Shown here piece after piece: positions 24,808 to 37,097 of a stretch of 64,000 nucleotides of DNA; the stretch's first letter is position 1, and each line of letters starts with the position of its first letter. A program made the translations under genes and the position numbers. The notes under the pieces are model-generated. The model was not told the origin of the DNA and searched no databases. It worked only from the letters and a program-made list of their open reading frames with translations. The stretch comes from Macrostomum hystrix. Taxonomy: Eukaryota > Animalia > Platyhelminthes. The stretch is taken from NCBI GenBank assembly GCA_950097015.1, contig CATNEN010000029.1, positions 1,178,001 to 1,242,000 of the forward strand. Direction: 5' to 3'.

Positions 24808-26324
24808 TTAAGCATGACCACTACGGATGCCGGAGGCCCGCTTATACAACTGATTGACTGTCAGATCGCAATTCAGCTGTCTAGTCAAAGCATCGCGATT
24901 ACCATCGTCGCAGTGGCAACTATCGGCGGCGTCGCTGTCATCAGCATCTGGCGGTGGTGCCGAATGTCGCTTTCGCTCATCGGGACTCTGTGAGATTTTG
25001 AATTAATTAAATATACAAATATATTTTTACATTTTACTTCCTTTAATTACATCATCGACTTCTTATTTTACTTGTAGGCCGCCTCCAGTTGTCAGTAAGT
25101 GCAGGACATCTTCCCATTCCGATTTCTGCATGGAATGGGCGCTCACCTGGAGTAGTCGCGCCAGCCTATGCGCCTCTTTAGTCTTGCGCCGATTCTCACG
25201 TGCTTCGCGTCGGCAATCGGACAGCTGCGGCGGTGCAAATTTTACGAAAGTTGTTGTATGCGTTATCGTAAGATGCATCTATATATAAGTACAAGTGCAT
25301 GCACGATGTCATTAAAACTGTATGCTCACAGACTTGCTCGGATTCGGAGGCCAGAACTCAGTCCACTCGAAATCGCTCACGTCATCTAACTCCTCATTAC
25401 CGCTTTCCCCGGCAAATCCGGAAACCACCATTCGATTCATTTTTGTCGTCCGCTTGACGGAACTACTGCCGGGATCTGGTTTCTTCTGGTGCTTCCTCTT
25501 CTGCCTACGCTGCTTCCCCGACGTGGCAGTGCCAGGCGTCCAACCCTCATCATGCAGAGCGGCTGCGATGAGGCGCAGCTGGCGCTTCTTCTCCGCGTCG
25601 GCAAGTTGGCGCTCCTTGCCACGCTGGCAGCTCTGGGAATCACATCAGGTGAACCTATTCAGGTGAACCTATTCAGGTGAACCTATTCAGGTGAACCTAT
25701 TCAGGTGAACCTATTCAGGTGAACCTATTCAGGTGAACCTATTCAGGTGAACCTATTCAGGTGAACCTATTCAGGTGAACCTATTCAGGTGAACCTATTC
25801 AGGTGAACCTATTCAGGTGAACCTATTCAGGTGAACCTATTCAGGTGAACCTATTCAGGTGAACCTATTCAGGTGAACCTATTCAGGTGAACCTATTCAG
25901 GTGAACCTATTCAGGTGAACCTATTCAGGTGAACCTATTCAGGTGAACCTATTCAGGTGAACCTATTCAGGTGAACCTATTCAGGTGAACCTATTCAGGT
26001 GAACCTATTCAGGTGAACCTATTCAGGTGAACCTATTCAGGTGAACCTATTCAGGTGAACCTATTCAGGTGAACCTATTCAGGTGAACCTATTCAGGTGA
26101 ACCTATTCAGGTGAACCTATTCAGGTGAACCTATTCAGGTGAACCTATTCAGGTGAACCTATTCAGGTAAACCTATTCCTCACCAGATTGTACGTGTCTA
26201 GCTTGGCTGTGAGTTCCTCCACGAAGTCCCTGTCGGTGATGCGCGGCTGCCGGTCGCCCATGATCTGCTCATAGCGACGTCGCTGCTGACGTCGCTGAAT
26301 GGCGGATTGAGCTGAAGCTGACAT
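24808..26324 (-). CDS. Uncharacterised 4-exon protein, ~258 aa, basic/charged, family not recognised
   Basis: Exons 26184-26324 (MSASAQSAIQRRQQRRRYEQIMGDRQPR...), 25330-25632, 25072-25224 and 24808-24987 (ends ...GIRSGHA*). All introns are phase-0 GT-AG; exons are GC-rich islands in AT-rich or repeat flanks, open throughout. Confidence 0.7.
25645..26178. repeat. Perfect 14-bp tandem array (~38 copies) filling intron 1 of the uncharacterised gene
   Basis: Unit tcaggtgaacctat, invariant except the last copy. Confidence 0.98.
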
Positions 26325-26864
26325 AAAAATTCGATTGGCTGAGGATTTACTAAATTAATTGCTTCTTACAAACCTAATCGAGCTTGTTTTAAATATTGCA
26401 GTCTAAAAGCTCATTGCTAATTGCTGCAATTGTGCCAAGCTAAACACACTCGTACTTATCTAAATTGCCAGCGGTGAAAGAAAAAGCTTCGGCAACTAAG
26501 TGCTTTTCATTTGTCGCCTAATTCACTGGCCCTGAATACAATAGATAGGTATAGCTTTGAGTTGCTTGATGAGAGCGCACGAAATGAACAGCTCAAGTTC
26601 ATAAATAAAACTGACAATGAAGCCTTCAAAAAATTCGAATCTCACTAATAGCATTCTTCTGTAACTCCCGAGCCAATCTTGAAGCGATCCAAGTGCATAC
26701 AGGTCTGGAAGACAGAAAAATACAAATAGATGTATAGCAACTTCAGCGGTACAGTAAAAAAGGTACTGAACATTACGCTTGGCAGGCTCAATCCAGCAAC
26801 TATAATTTAAGTACTGCATGGCATGTACAGTCATAAGAAACTTAAAGCACTGTGATTTGCTTTA

Positions 26865-27290
26865 GAAGTAGCTTTCCAAGTCCATTGCTGTGAACTATTC
26901 CTATAGCTTGTAGGAGTAGCTATCCAGGTCCATTGCTGTGAACTATTCCTATAGTTTGTAGGAGAAACTATCCTGGTGCATTGCTGTGAACTATTCCTAT
27001 AGCTTGTAGGATTAGCTATCCTGGTGCATTGCTGTGATCTATTCCTATAGCTTGTAGGAGTAGCTATCCAGGTGCATTGCTGTGATCTATTCCTATAGCT
27101 TGTAGGAGTAGCTATCCAGGTGCATTGCTGTGATCTATTCCTATAGCTTGTAGGAGTAGCTATCCAGGTGCATTGCTGTGATCTATTCCTATAGCTTGTA
27201 GGAGTAGCTATCCAGGTGCATTGCTGTGATCTATTCCTATAGCTTGTAGGATTAGCTATCCTGGTGCATTGCTGTGAACTATTCCTAGTT
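26865..27290. repeat. 48-bp tandem array
   Basis: Unit tagctatccaggtgcattgctgtgatctattcctatagcttgtaggag. Confidence 0.95.
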
Positions 27291-27804
27291 AGCAAGTACT
27301 CCTAGATTCATAGCGGATGTTTTTTAATTCCTTAACTTTTCTTTTGGAATTCTAAAAGAAGAATTAGGAAAACAATTGTACATACTTGAATTTATCTTTG
27401 AGGAGGTGAATAAAATTTCGTGTTTACATAGAATGGATAAAGCATATAAAATTAATTAGATAAGAAAGTATAGATTCGCTGTGTACTCCTCAGTAGTTCT
27501 CAGGCTCGCGAGTCTGTTTACACTAGCCCAAATAATGCAAGCATTAGCGAAAGGGCTTTCGTGCACACAATTCACTGTCCCTTCCATTTTATATCTTGTC
27601 AGACTAATATAGAAAATGCTGTGCGCAAGACAAGCCAAACAGCAATAGGGCTTAGGTAGAGAAAAGAGAGAGAGAATAGACGGAGTGGACAGAAAAAGAA
27701 AAGGAGAGGACAAAGCGTAGAGATGAGAGGAGAGAGATGAAAAGATGAGATTCATGGAGAAACGGAGAGGAGAGGAGAGAGAAGAGGAGAGAGTAGAGAG
27801 AAAA

Positions 27805-29022
27805 AACGGAGAGGAGAGAAGAGACAGAGAGTAGGGGGAATAGCAGATGAAAGAAGACAGACGCGACGGAGACGAGAGAAGAGACAGAGAGTAGGGGGAA
27901 TAGCGGATGAAAGAAGACAGACGCGACGGAGAGGAGAGAAGAGACAGAGAGTAGGGGGAATAGCAGATGAAAGAAGACAGACGCGACGGAGACGAGAGAA
28001 GAGACAGAGAGTAGGGGGAATAGCAGATGAAAGAAGATAGACGCGACGGAGAGGAGAGAAGAGACAGAGAGTAGGGGGAATAGCAGATGAAAGAAGACAG
28101 ACGCAACGGAGACGAGAGAAGAGACAGAGAGTAGGGGGAATAGCAGATGAAAGAAGATAGACGCGACGGAGAGGAGAGAAGAGACAGAGAGTAGGGGGAA
28201 TAGCAGATGAAAGAAGACAGACGCGACGGAGAGGAGAGAAGAGACAGAGAGTAGGGGGAATAGCAGATGAAAGAAGACAGACGCGACGGAGAGGAGAGAA
28301 GAGACAGAGAGTAGGGGGAATAGCAGATGAAAGAAGACAGACGCGACGGAGAGGAGAGAAGAGACAGAGAGTAGGGGGAATAGCAGATGAAAGAAGACAG
28401 ACGCGACGGAGACGAGAGAAGAGACAGAGAGTAGGGGGAATAGCAGATGAAAGAAGACAGACGCGACGGAGACGAGAGAAGAGACAGAGAGTAGAGGGAA
28501 TAGCAGATGAAAGAAGACAGACGCGACGGAGACGAGAGAAGAGACAGAGAGTAGAGGGAATAGCAGATGAAAGAAGACAGACGCGACGGAGACGAGAGAA
28601 GAGACAGAGAGTAGGGGGAATAGCAGATGAAAGAAGACAGACGCGACGGAGAGGAGAGAAGAGACAGAGAGTAGGGGGAATAGCAGATGAAAGAAGACAG
28701 ACGCGACGGAGACGAGAGAAGAGACAGAGAGTAGGGGGAATAGCAGATGAAAGAAGATAGACGCGACGGAGAGGAGAGAAGAGACAGAGAGTAGGGGGAA
28801 TAGCAGATGAAAGAAGACAGACGCGACGGAGAGGAGAGAAGAGACAGAGAGTAGGGGGAATAGCAGATGAAAGAAGACAGACGCGACGGAGAGGAGAGAA
28901 GAGACAGAGAGTAGGGGGAATAGCAGATGAAAGAAGACAGACGCGACGGAGAGGAGAGAAGAGACAGAGAGTAGGGGGAATAGCAGATGAAAGAAGACAG
29001 ACGCGACGGAGAGGAGAGAAGA
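27805..29022. repeat. 60-bp purine-rich tandem array (~20 copies)
   Basis: Successive 60-nt lines are near-identical (tagcagatgaaagaagacagacgcgacggagaggagagaagagacagagagtagggggaa). Confidence 0.98.
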
Positions 29023-29698
29023 GGGGCGATAGACAGCGAGGTTTCCATTGTTATAGTAACTGAACATCGGACGAATTCCATTGCTAGGATAAAGTACCAT
29101 TAAATATCTAGGTCTACAGAGAAATTTGTAAGTAGCTTATTTGCTTTCTCTGATATTAAAATGTATTTAATAAGTTCATAGCCAAAGAAAGCTGCCACCA
29201 TAACGCGAAGGTGGCATTATTTTATTTTAATTTTCACTTGACCATAATACTAAATATTTGTAGTTGAACAGGGTACGCAAAAACTAGCACAAAAACGAAT
29301 AAAAGTACAGTAAAAAACGAATGGAACAACAAGCGCAAATGTACAATGACATCAAATACGCCCAGCAGATAGTGTGACTCAAACAGACTCAAGCTTTAGC
29401 GCGATAAACAGCATCAAAATTAAACAGTTATCAATTTGAGGACACTATATAGAAAGACATGTAACAAGCCATGTAATTATATAACAATTTATTATATTTT
29501 GTGGATAGCAAGATAGGCATTAAAATTACAGAGGAGATCAGTAAGGAAGCTAAGCTGCTAAAAAATTAACATCAATTGTGTTAGGATTGACAAATCAGTA
29601 GTTTGGAATAAATACACGAAATTTTGATTGAAAAGTATAAAATCAAATTCAATCAATTCTCAGTCGCTGAAAATTAAATTTCACAATCACCTCGAAAC

Positions 29699-29802
29699 AG
29701 GAAACATGAATAATGAATGAGCATGAAGAAGGAAACATGAATAATGAATGAGCATGAAGAAGGAAACATGAATAATGAATGAGCATGAAGAAGGAAACAT
29801 GA
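29699..29802. repeat. 31-bp tandem repeat, 3 copies
   Basis: aaggaaacatgaataatgaatgagcatgaag. Confidence 0.9.
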
Positions 29803-30354
29803 AAAAAAGAATCTAAAACCACGAGTTTTTTTCGCTAAAACTTTAGAGGCAATGATGTTTGCAACAAAATAAGGATTAGAGGATAGAAAGGATGAGAGAT
29901 TAAAAAATCATATTTATGAAAATCGAGCAGATTACGCAAGAACTCCAGTGTGAGTGCAAAGCTAAAATATAACAAAATCTACTAAAAAGTTGGTTAATAC
30001 AACATTTGTAGTAATATAAATTGACAGCATAAAAAGCAATAGATAAGACATAGATACTACTGACCAGATCGTAATACGAAGGAATACATCTGAACAGAAA
30101 AAAAGTAAACGAAACTGTTGGTGATAGAACAGCATACAACATAAGGTCTACATAAAAGAGGGGGGAATATTTTGTTTGGAGTGTCCAAACAGGTGCAGTA
30201 ATAATAGTTTTACGCAGTCTAAATGAACAAATGGGAATATTGTTTAACTTAAAGCAACGGTTTTGTGCCTACCTTGGCTATAGCTTAGGCTTCGAGATTA
30301 ATCTGCATGATTAGGGCGATTCCTAGTGGCTATCGAAGATTACGGTTAGCTTGT

Positions 30355-30670
30355 GAGGATTCCACGTGTCTTGGGGCGATTCCACGTGTCTTTGGGCGAT
30401 TTCCGGTGGCTTGGAAAGATCCCTGTGACTTGGGAAGATTCTCTGTGACTTAGGGCGATTCCCTGTGACTTAAGAAGATTCTCTGTGACTTGGGGCGATT
30501 CCCTGTGACTTGGGAAGATTCCTTGTGAATTGGGGCGATTCCCTATGACTTGGGGCGATTCCTTGTGAATTGGGGCGATTCCTTGTGAATTGGGGCGATT
30601 CCCTGTGACTTGGGGCGATTCCTTGTGACTTGGAGCGATTCCCTGTGACTTGGGAAGATTCCTTGCGGCT
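30355..30670. repeat. 20-bp tandem array
   Basis: Unit tggggcgattccctgtgact. Confidence 0.92.
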
Positions 30671-31081
30671 TAGGTAGATAACATGCGGCTGACTGGGACT
30701 TGCTACGATTTCAAGTGAGTTTTGGAGATTCAGTTTTGCTTGGCCTTTAGTAGAGACATTTTAAAAGGGTTCATGCGTTTTAACTCGCCTAAGAGCGCAT
30801 TGTGTTGGGCTTAAAAAGCGAATTTGAAAAGCGAACTAAATTAGATTCTTTAAGCTCTCAGAATGCCCAACTTTTTAGGATTCGAATCCTCACTAAATCA
30901 TAGGTCAGAGAAATTCGATTAGAGAAAAATGGCATACCATAACTAATGCACGCAAATAATATAGTAAAAAATTAAGTTTCTAAGAATGCTGACACTTTAT
31001 TGTAGCAGGAAATCGAAAAAAATTGCCAAAGAAAAATATCTAGACAAATCAACGAATAAATAATTGATTAGGATAAGCTTC

Positions 31082-34000
31082 CTACAGCTCCTGCCCGATA
31101 ATCACGAACTGGTTGTCAAACTGCTCCGCTGTGGCAACGCGAACCCGTCCGATTGGGACTTCTGAAATTATTAAAGATCGGAAAGGGATGCAATGAGATT
31201 CGGCACTACACAAAACACGTTATACAACTCAGACTCACTAGACTAGCTATCCAACTGACTCTCAGACTCACTAGACTAGCTATCCAACTGACTCTCAGAC
31301 TCACTGGACTAGCTATCCAACTGACTCTCAGACTCACTAGACTAGCTATCCAACTGACTCTCAGACTCACTAGACTAGCTATCCAACTGACTCTCAGACT
31401 CACTGGACTAGCTATCCAACTGACTCTCAGACTCACTGGACTAGCTATCCAACTGACTCTCAGACTCACTGGACTAGCTATCCAACTGACTCTCAGACTC
31501 ACTAGACTAGCTATCCAACTGACTCTCAGACTCACTAGACTAGCTATCCAACTGACTCTCAGACTCACTAGACTAGCTATCCAACTGACTCTCAGACTCA
31601 CTGGACTAGCTATCAAACTTGAATACCACATTTTTAAATACATCAACTTGATTTTGGATATTTATTGCGATGCAAATATGACAAATGTGTTAAATCACAT
31701 CAACAATGGACATTATAGAATGTAACAAATTATTTAGTGAAGATAAAAAAATTATCCTGTTAGCCAATTCTTCCAAGCTAACCTACAGTTTAAAAAGCTG
31801 TACAATTATTGTAAAAGAATCAAAACCAATTAGCGGCAGCCAATCACCAAATCGAGTTAAAACAGATGCTAGAATGTAGGCTAATAATGGTTAGACAGTT
31901 GGTACACAGGGCGTACGGAGTGTGGAATCGGCCCGCTGGCAGAATGAGCCATCGAATTAATTCTTGGCTACAAAAGAGGAGTTTGCTGCAAAAAACGGAG
32001 TTGAAAATGCAATTCATGAACTTTTTATGCATTATAGGAGAAAGTTTCTAAAGACTGTGTACAGCTGTTCAGACCGTGGACTGGGGAGACCGCCTCACCC
32101 ACCTGAATTTCTACCCCAGCAATCGATAGCACAAGTGAGTCAAGCGTCTTCCTTAAGGATCTAAATTGCTTCCATCGGACTGAGATTCGAACTCGTGACC
32201 TCTTGGTCCAACTGTCGCTGCTTACCCTCGGCCTGAGCCGCTGAAGCTGTCTCGGTGCTGCCATATAGAGCCTCGCCTCGGCGTCGACCGCCAGCGCCGT
32301 TAATGTTGCCGGCGCCGCTGCTAAGCAAGCCCTCGGCAGACGAGGCCTCGTCGCGAGCCGCCAAATCATCGTCGTCGCCGGCAAGTCGGCAATCGCCGCC
32401 ATCGGCATCACCGATGCAATCTGGGCCAGCAAACACGACTTGGCCACAGTCGCGGGAAGGTCGAAGACTCAGCAGTGAGGGCGGAGTGGGTCCGAACAGC
32501 ACGTAGCAACAGTTGGCGCAACCGCCACCACGATCGAACGGATTGACGCAGTCCGGATTGCGCTTCTTATTAAAGACGCCTTTGATCTAGAAGGATAAAT
32601 ATGCCACATGTAATACCAGTAGTAGTGCAGTGTGAATATGACGCCCTTTATAAATAAAAAACGCATGACTGCATACTTTGACAAAACGCACGAAAATACA
32701 CACGTTTTTTGGGGGTGAGTGGCACAACGGTTAGCGCGTCTGCCTCTCGCACCAAGGTCTTTCAGCTCGATTCCGCAGCGAGGCCACATTTATTTGAGGC
32801 GCAGGAGCGGAGAGAAGGCTTGGGGGTTTGTCGTGCAATTTATCCCATTGAGGGCCAACCCCCAAGGCACCGTGAAAGTGTACAACTACCTGACGATGAG
32901 AAAATCAGTGCAGGTGTACACACCTGTGTGCGTGTGTGCTCAAGAGTCAGCGAAATGGGCAGAATTGCCTCCTCGCTGGCTGCGGGTCTAGTGTCGCATA
33001 TTGATGTGCCATTGACAACTACCCTCCTACATTTATTATTATATTATTAATATATTTAATGAGCATTCATTTAAACATTAAAAGAGCATCATTATAAAAA
33101 AACTGTTTTGTTGCATGTAAACAGCAGCAATCACACAAAATGGACACACACTTTGTACACACACATGTTGTAAGTATAATTACACAGGAAATAAAATAAT
33201 ATAACACTAATTGGACACTCACATCCTCATTAGTTGAGACCTCGCGGCAGATTAATAGGACGTGAAATCCGGCCAATCCCATCACCGACCAGATGGAGAA
33301 AAATGCTACTAGGGCCACTAGAATAGTGACTGGCGGCCAATTGGGGTTGGAAGCGAGTTAAGGAAAAATTTAAATTACTTTTAGACTTCTGCTAGAATCT
33401 TCCCGATACAAAAAAATTAATAATCAATCGATTGCGCAAAAGGATATCTTGGTGGCGACTCTTTCAAAGCGTCCAACAGATTGTCTTTGTCTTTGGCGAC
33501 TGAAATAAGGCAACATTCGATCATGTTGGTTAAAGTAGAATATTGTGCCTAAAAGTACATTTGGATACTAAAATGACTCATTAACAGTAGAGTAACAAGT
33601 ATTTTTTCATTTATTAACCAATATGGATTCGAAATCGAAATTTATGCAGAGCAATGTTACTGGTTACCCTGGTTTTTGTCACCAGGGTCTTCGATAAGAA
33701 TTGTTGAATATCTCGACGATGCTGACATCTTCGTCAGCAGGCTTTGAAAATTAGTCCATCGTTAAGGGTGGAAAATTTTGATCCGCATGGTGTACTTATA
33801 CGAAAATCGGTCATTCGGTTTGGGAGCTATCCTGAAGGGTATTTCATCCGCGGCGAGACCAAAACAGCAAAGAGATGGCTTGAGAGATTATCGCGAAATT
33901 TACACCACGAGGGCCAATGTGTAAGGCGCAGTGGGGCGTACACTGCTTGCGCATGTATCCGTGTTATTAACAGTAGAACTGCCAAGTGTAGTCAAGGGTA

Positions 34001-36614
34001 CCAAGGGTCAATTGTCTATTGACAATTTATGGTGCTGCACCCGAACGGAGCAACGCAAGCACACGAAACTCAAGAACATGGGCCAGCGCATCTTCTGAAA
34101 CTATAATCAAGTCGCCAGCTCTTCAGACAGTCGAGATATTCAATGCCTCAGGCCAAAGGTCAGATTTTCCCATAAGAGCTAGTGTATTTCATACATTTCT
34201 ATACACAAATTAGCACTGCGCCTCAGTGCGACCTTGCCAGACCTTCAAAATTTATCAGCATGTCACCTGAATGTGCCTGCATCATCTTAGTCTTCGGTGG
34301 TCACCAACCTATATCTAGACGGACTGCTGGACCTTCAATGGCTACAACTGGTGGAAATAGGCTACTATGGACACCCAAGTGATCAAGCCAAAATATTAGG
34401 CGCAGCGCAACCACAGGACACCATCGCCTAGTCTGTCAACCAATCAGTCAGCATCCAACGCTGTTAGCATTCAGGCGCTGCCAAAAAAATTACAGGGGGG
34501 AATTTTCCCCTGCAATCCCATCTTGGTATAAAACAGGCGGCAAAATGGATTGGTAGCCCTACTGTTAACATGCAAAAAGTTCTACAGAGTACACAGTATA
34601 CTTACTCAGAACAATATTGACTATGGAAAATGTCATAATGTAGACGCAATAGACAGACAAGCTAGCCAAAAACATAAAGAAATAGCGGTAGTTTCGCCTG
34701 CCAACGCAGTTGCCAACCCACGGGCAGTGATGATCGAATCTGTCCACGCAGTTATCGCAGCTAGAGCAATGGCTAGCCCTAGGAGGTCGCCACAATTTGC
34801 AGGTGTAGCAGTACTTTAACTTGAACACGCGGCCGCCTATAACTACGTCCTTGATGCGAGGCTGAGGCCTGTATGTGCCCTGCGGCGGCTCCGATTTTGG
34901 AGGCTCTGCAATCGACGAGAGAAGATTGCGCATAGTGAGCATACGTGAGAAGGTCAGATAGGCGAGGATGTTTATATAAGGGCTCAGTCAAGGGATAGGA
35001 GATTCTTATAGAAGTGACTACTCAGTCAAGGGATAGAAGATTCTTATAGAAGTGACTGCTCAGTCAAGGGATAGGGGATTCTTATAGAAGTGACTACTCA
35101 GTCAAGGGATAGAAGATTCTTATAGAAGTGACTACTCAGTCAAGGGATAGGGGATTCTTATAGAAGTGACTACTCAGTCAAGGGATAGAAGATTCTTATA
35201 GAAGTGACTGCTCAGTCAAGGGATAGGGGATTCTTATAGAAGTGACTGCTCAAGGAGATTCTTATAGAAGTGACTGCTCAGTCAAGGGATAGAAGATTCT
35301 TATAGAAGTGACTACTCAGTCAAAGGATAGGGGATTCTTGTAGAAGTGACTGCTCAGTCAAGGGATAGGGGATTCTTGTAGAAGTGACTGCTCAGTCAAG
35401 GGATAGGGGATTCGTGTAGAAGTGACTACTCAGTCAAGGGATAGGGGATTCTTGTAGAAGTGACTGCTCAGTCAAGGGATAGGGGATTCGTGTAGAAGTG
35501 ACTGCTCAGTCAAGGGATAGGGGATTCTTATAGAAGTGACTGCTCAAGGAGATTCTTATAGAAGTGACTGCTCAGTCAAGGGATAGAAGATTCTTATAGA
35601 AGTGACTACTCAGTCAAAGGATAGGGGATTCTTGTAGAAGTGACTGCTCAGTCAAGGGATAGGGGATTCTTATAGAAGTGACTGCTCAGTCAAGGGATAG
35701 AAGATTCTTATAGAAGTGACTACTCAGTCAAGGGATAGGGGATTCTTGTAGAAGTGACTGCTCAAGGAGATTCTTATAGAAGTGACTGCTCAGTCTACGG
35801 ATAGGGGATTCTTATAGAAGTGACTGCTCAGTCAAGGGATAGGGGATTCTTATAGAAGTGACTACTCAGTCAAGGGATAGGGGATTCTTGTAGAAGTGAC
35901 TGCTCAAGGAGATTCTTATAGAAGTGACTGCTCAGTCTACGGATAGGGGATTCTTATAGAAGTGACTGCTCAGTCAAGGGATAAGGGATTCTTGTAGAAG
36001 TGACTGCTCAGTCTACGGATAAGGGATTCTTGGAAATATCACTGCTCCGTCTGGGAATATGGTATTCGTGGAAATGTCACTGCTACTTCTGGGGATATGG
36101 TATTATTTGGAAATGTCACTGCTCCTTCTGGGGATATGGTATTATTTGGAAATGTCACTGCTCCTTCTGGGGATATGGTAATCTTGTAGAGTCTGCTCAG
36201 TCTGAGTAGGGATATGGGTAGGGATCTGCTCAGGGATATGGAAGAGAATACTTTGTTAGCATGGAAAAGCTAAAAAATAACGAAAAGTATCAAAGAACAA
36301 AAAAACGAACCTAGCTCTTGTTCAATCCAGGCAGCTTCTTCCATCGAGCCCCTAGGTATGATGCCCGGATCTGAGCAGGTGGTTCGAAACAGGCAGCATA
36401 GGACAAAAAGAAATTGAACAGCCCCAGCTACTGGTATGACTGGCGACAAGCTTGCAGACAGTAGGCGACAATCAAAGGCGAAGAACAAAGCTGAACAGAT
36501 TACAATTAGGCCCAGGGTCAGGTAGAAAATTGCCAGATTGCGTGCCGTAACACACCTACCGGCACAGCCAATTCGACTGCGCCCATTGTAACTGCGCCAC
36601 GGATTGTCAGGCAT
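31082..36614 (-). CDS. ZDHHC: DHHC palmitoyltransferase, ZDHHC9/14/18 (Erf2) subfamily, ~399 aa
   Basis: Exons 36311-36614, 34606-34905, 33448-33499, 33223-33325, 32226-32586, 31082-31161; total 1200 nt. Motifs: [61 protein letters not shown]. The last exon is inferred from phase compatibility and is less certain. Confidence 0.92.
31225..31615. repeat. 33-bp tandem array (last ZDHHC intron)
   Basis: Unit ctcagactcactagactagctatccaactgact. Confidence 0.95.
32052..32225 (-). mobile_element. SINE, related subfamily, abutting a ZDHHC splice donor
   Basis: B-box gagttcgaatc; shares gttcgaatctcag..ggaagcaattt and ctgttcag.cc.tggactgggag with the copy at 49552-49772. Confidence 0.6.
33326..33447 (-). 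other. U12-type (minor spliceosome) AT-AC intron, 122 nt
   Basis: 5' splice site AG|ATATCCTTTT, branch site TTCCTTAAC (33365-33357), 3' end GTCAC|. Only this junction restores the frame ([17 protein letters not shown]); the nearby CAG acceptor gives a frameshift when used with this donor. Confidence 0.88.
34982..36200. repeat. 38-bp tandem array with 25-bp deletion variants, grading into a ~39-bp related repeat (ZDHHC intron 1)
   Basis: Unit agaagtgactactcagtcaagggataggggattcttat; then ggaaatgtcactgctccttctggggatatggt at ~36040-36180. Confidence 0.94.
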
Positions 36615-37001
36615 GGCAAAATGGCGATTCCAAATTGACAGATAATTGAAAAAATTGTTGCTGCTGGCTTGCCACGCAGCCTGTGGGCTATAACTCTGTG
36701 CCTTACACTAGAATGCACTAGCTGAGGATTGAAATATTGCTGTGTGTTAGGTAAAAAATTAAAACTGTCAGCTTTTAATAAACTAAATGATTACTGGTTA
36801 ATCTCATTGTGCCATAAATCATTCTTATACAAAACATTCATATTTTTAATATGTTACAGTTGAAAGATAACTTGGGTCAGACAAGAAAACTATTTGATGA
36901 TTGGTTAGGATTGGGACACTTTTTTTAGATTTATTTAGGACACAAAATAATTTGTGTCAGGCAAGCCAACCCATTATAAACAGAATTGAATCTAATGAAA
37001 T

Positions 37002-37097
37002 CCATAGTCCGGATCATGTCATTTACGCCGGAGATCTCTAATTGTAGAAATGTTGGATTTTTCCTCCGGCGTAAGTCCAGCATGATCCGGAATATGG
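37002..37097. mobile_element. 96-bp mini-MITE/hairpin with exact 8-bp TSD
   Basis: ccatagtccggatcatg ... catgatccggaatatgg, inner IR ttacgccggag/ctccggcgtaa, flanked by aatgaaat on both sides. Confidence 0.75.

Noticed and set aside
27456-29100. 541-aa and 482-aa ORFs
   Set aside because: Translations of the 60-bp purine/pyrimidine-skewed array, which lacks stops by composition.
33600-34480. Mixed-composition stretch in ZDHHC intron 2, possibly a decayed hAT or LINE fragment
   Set aside because: Stops occur in all frames and I could not match a motif convincingly.
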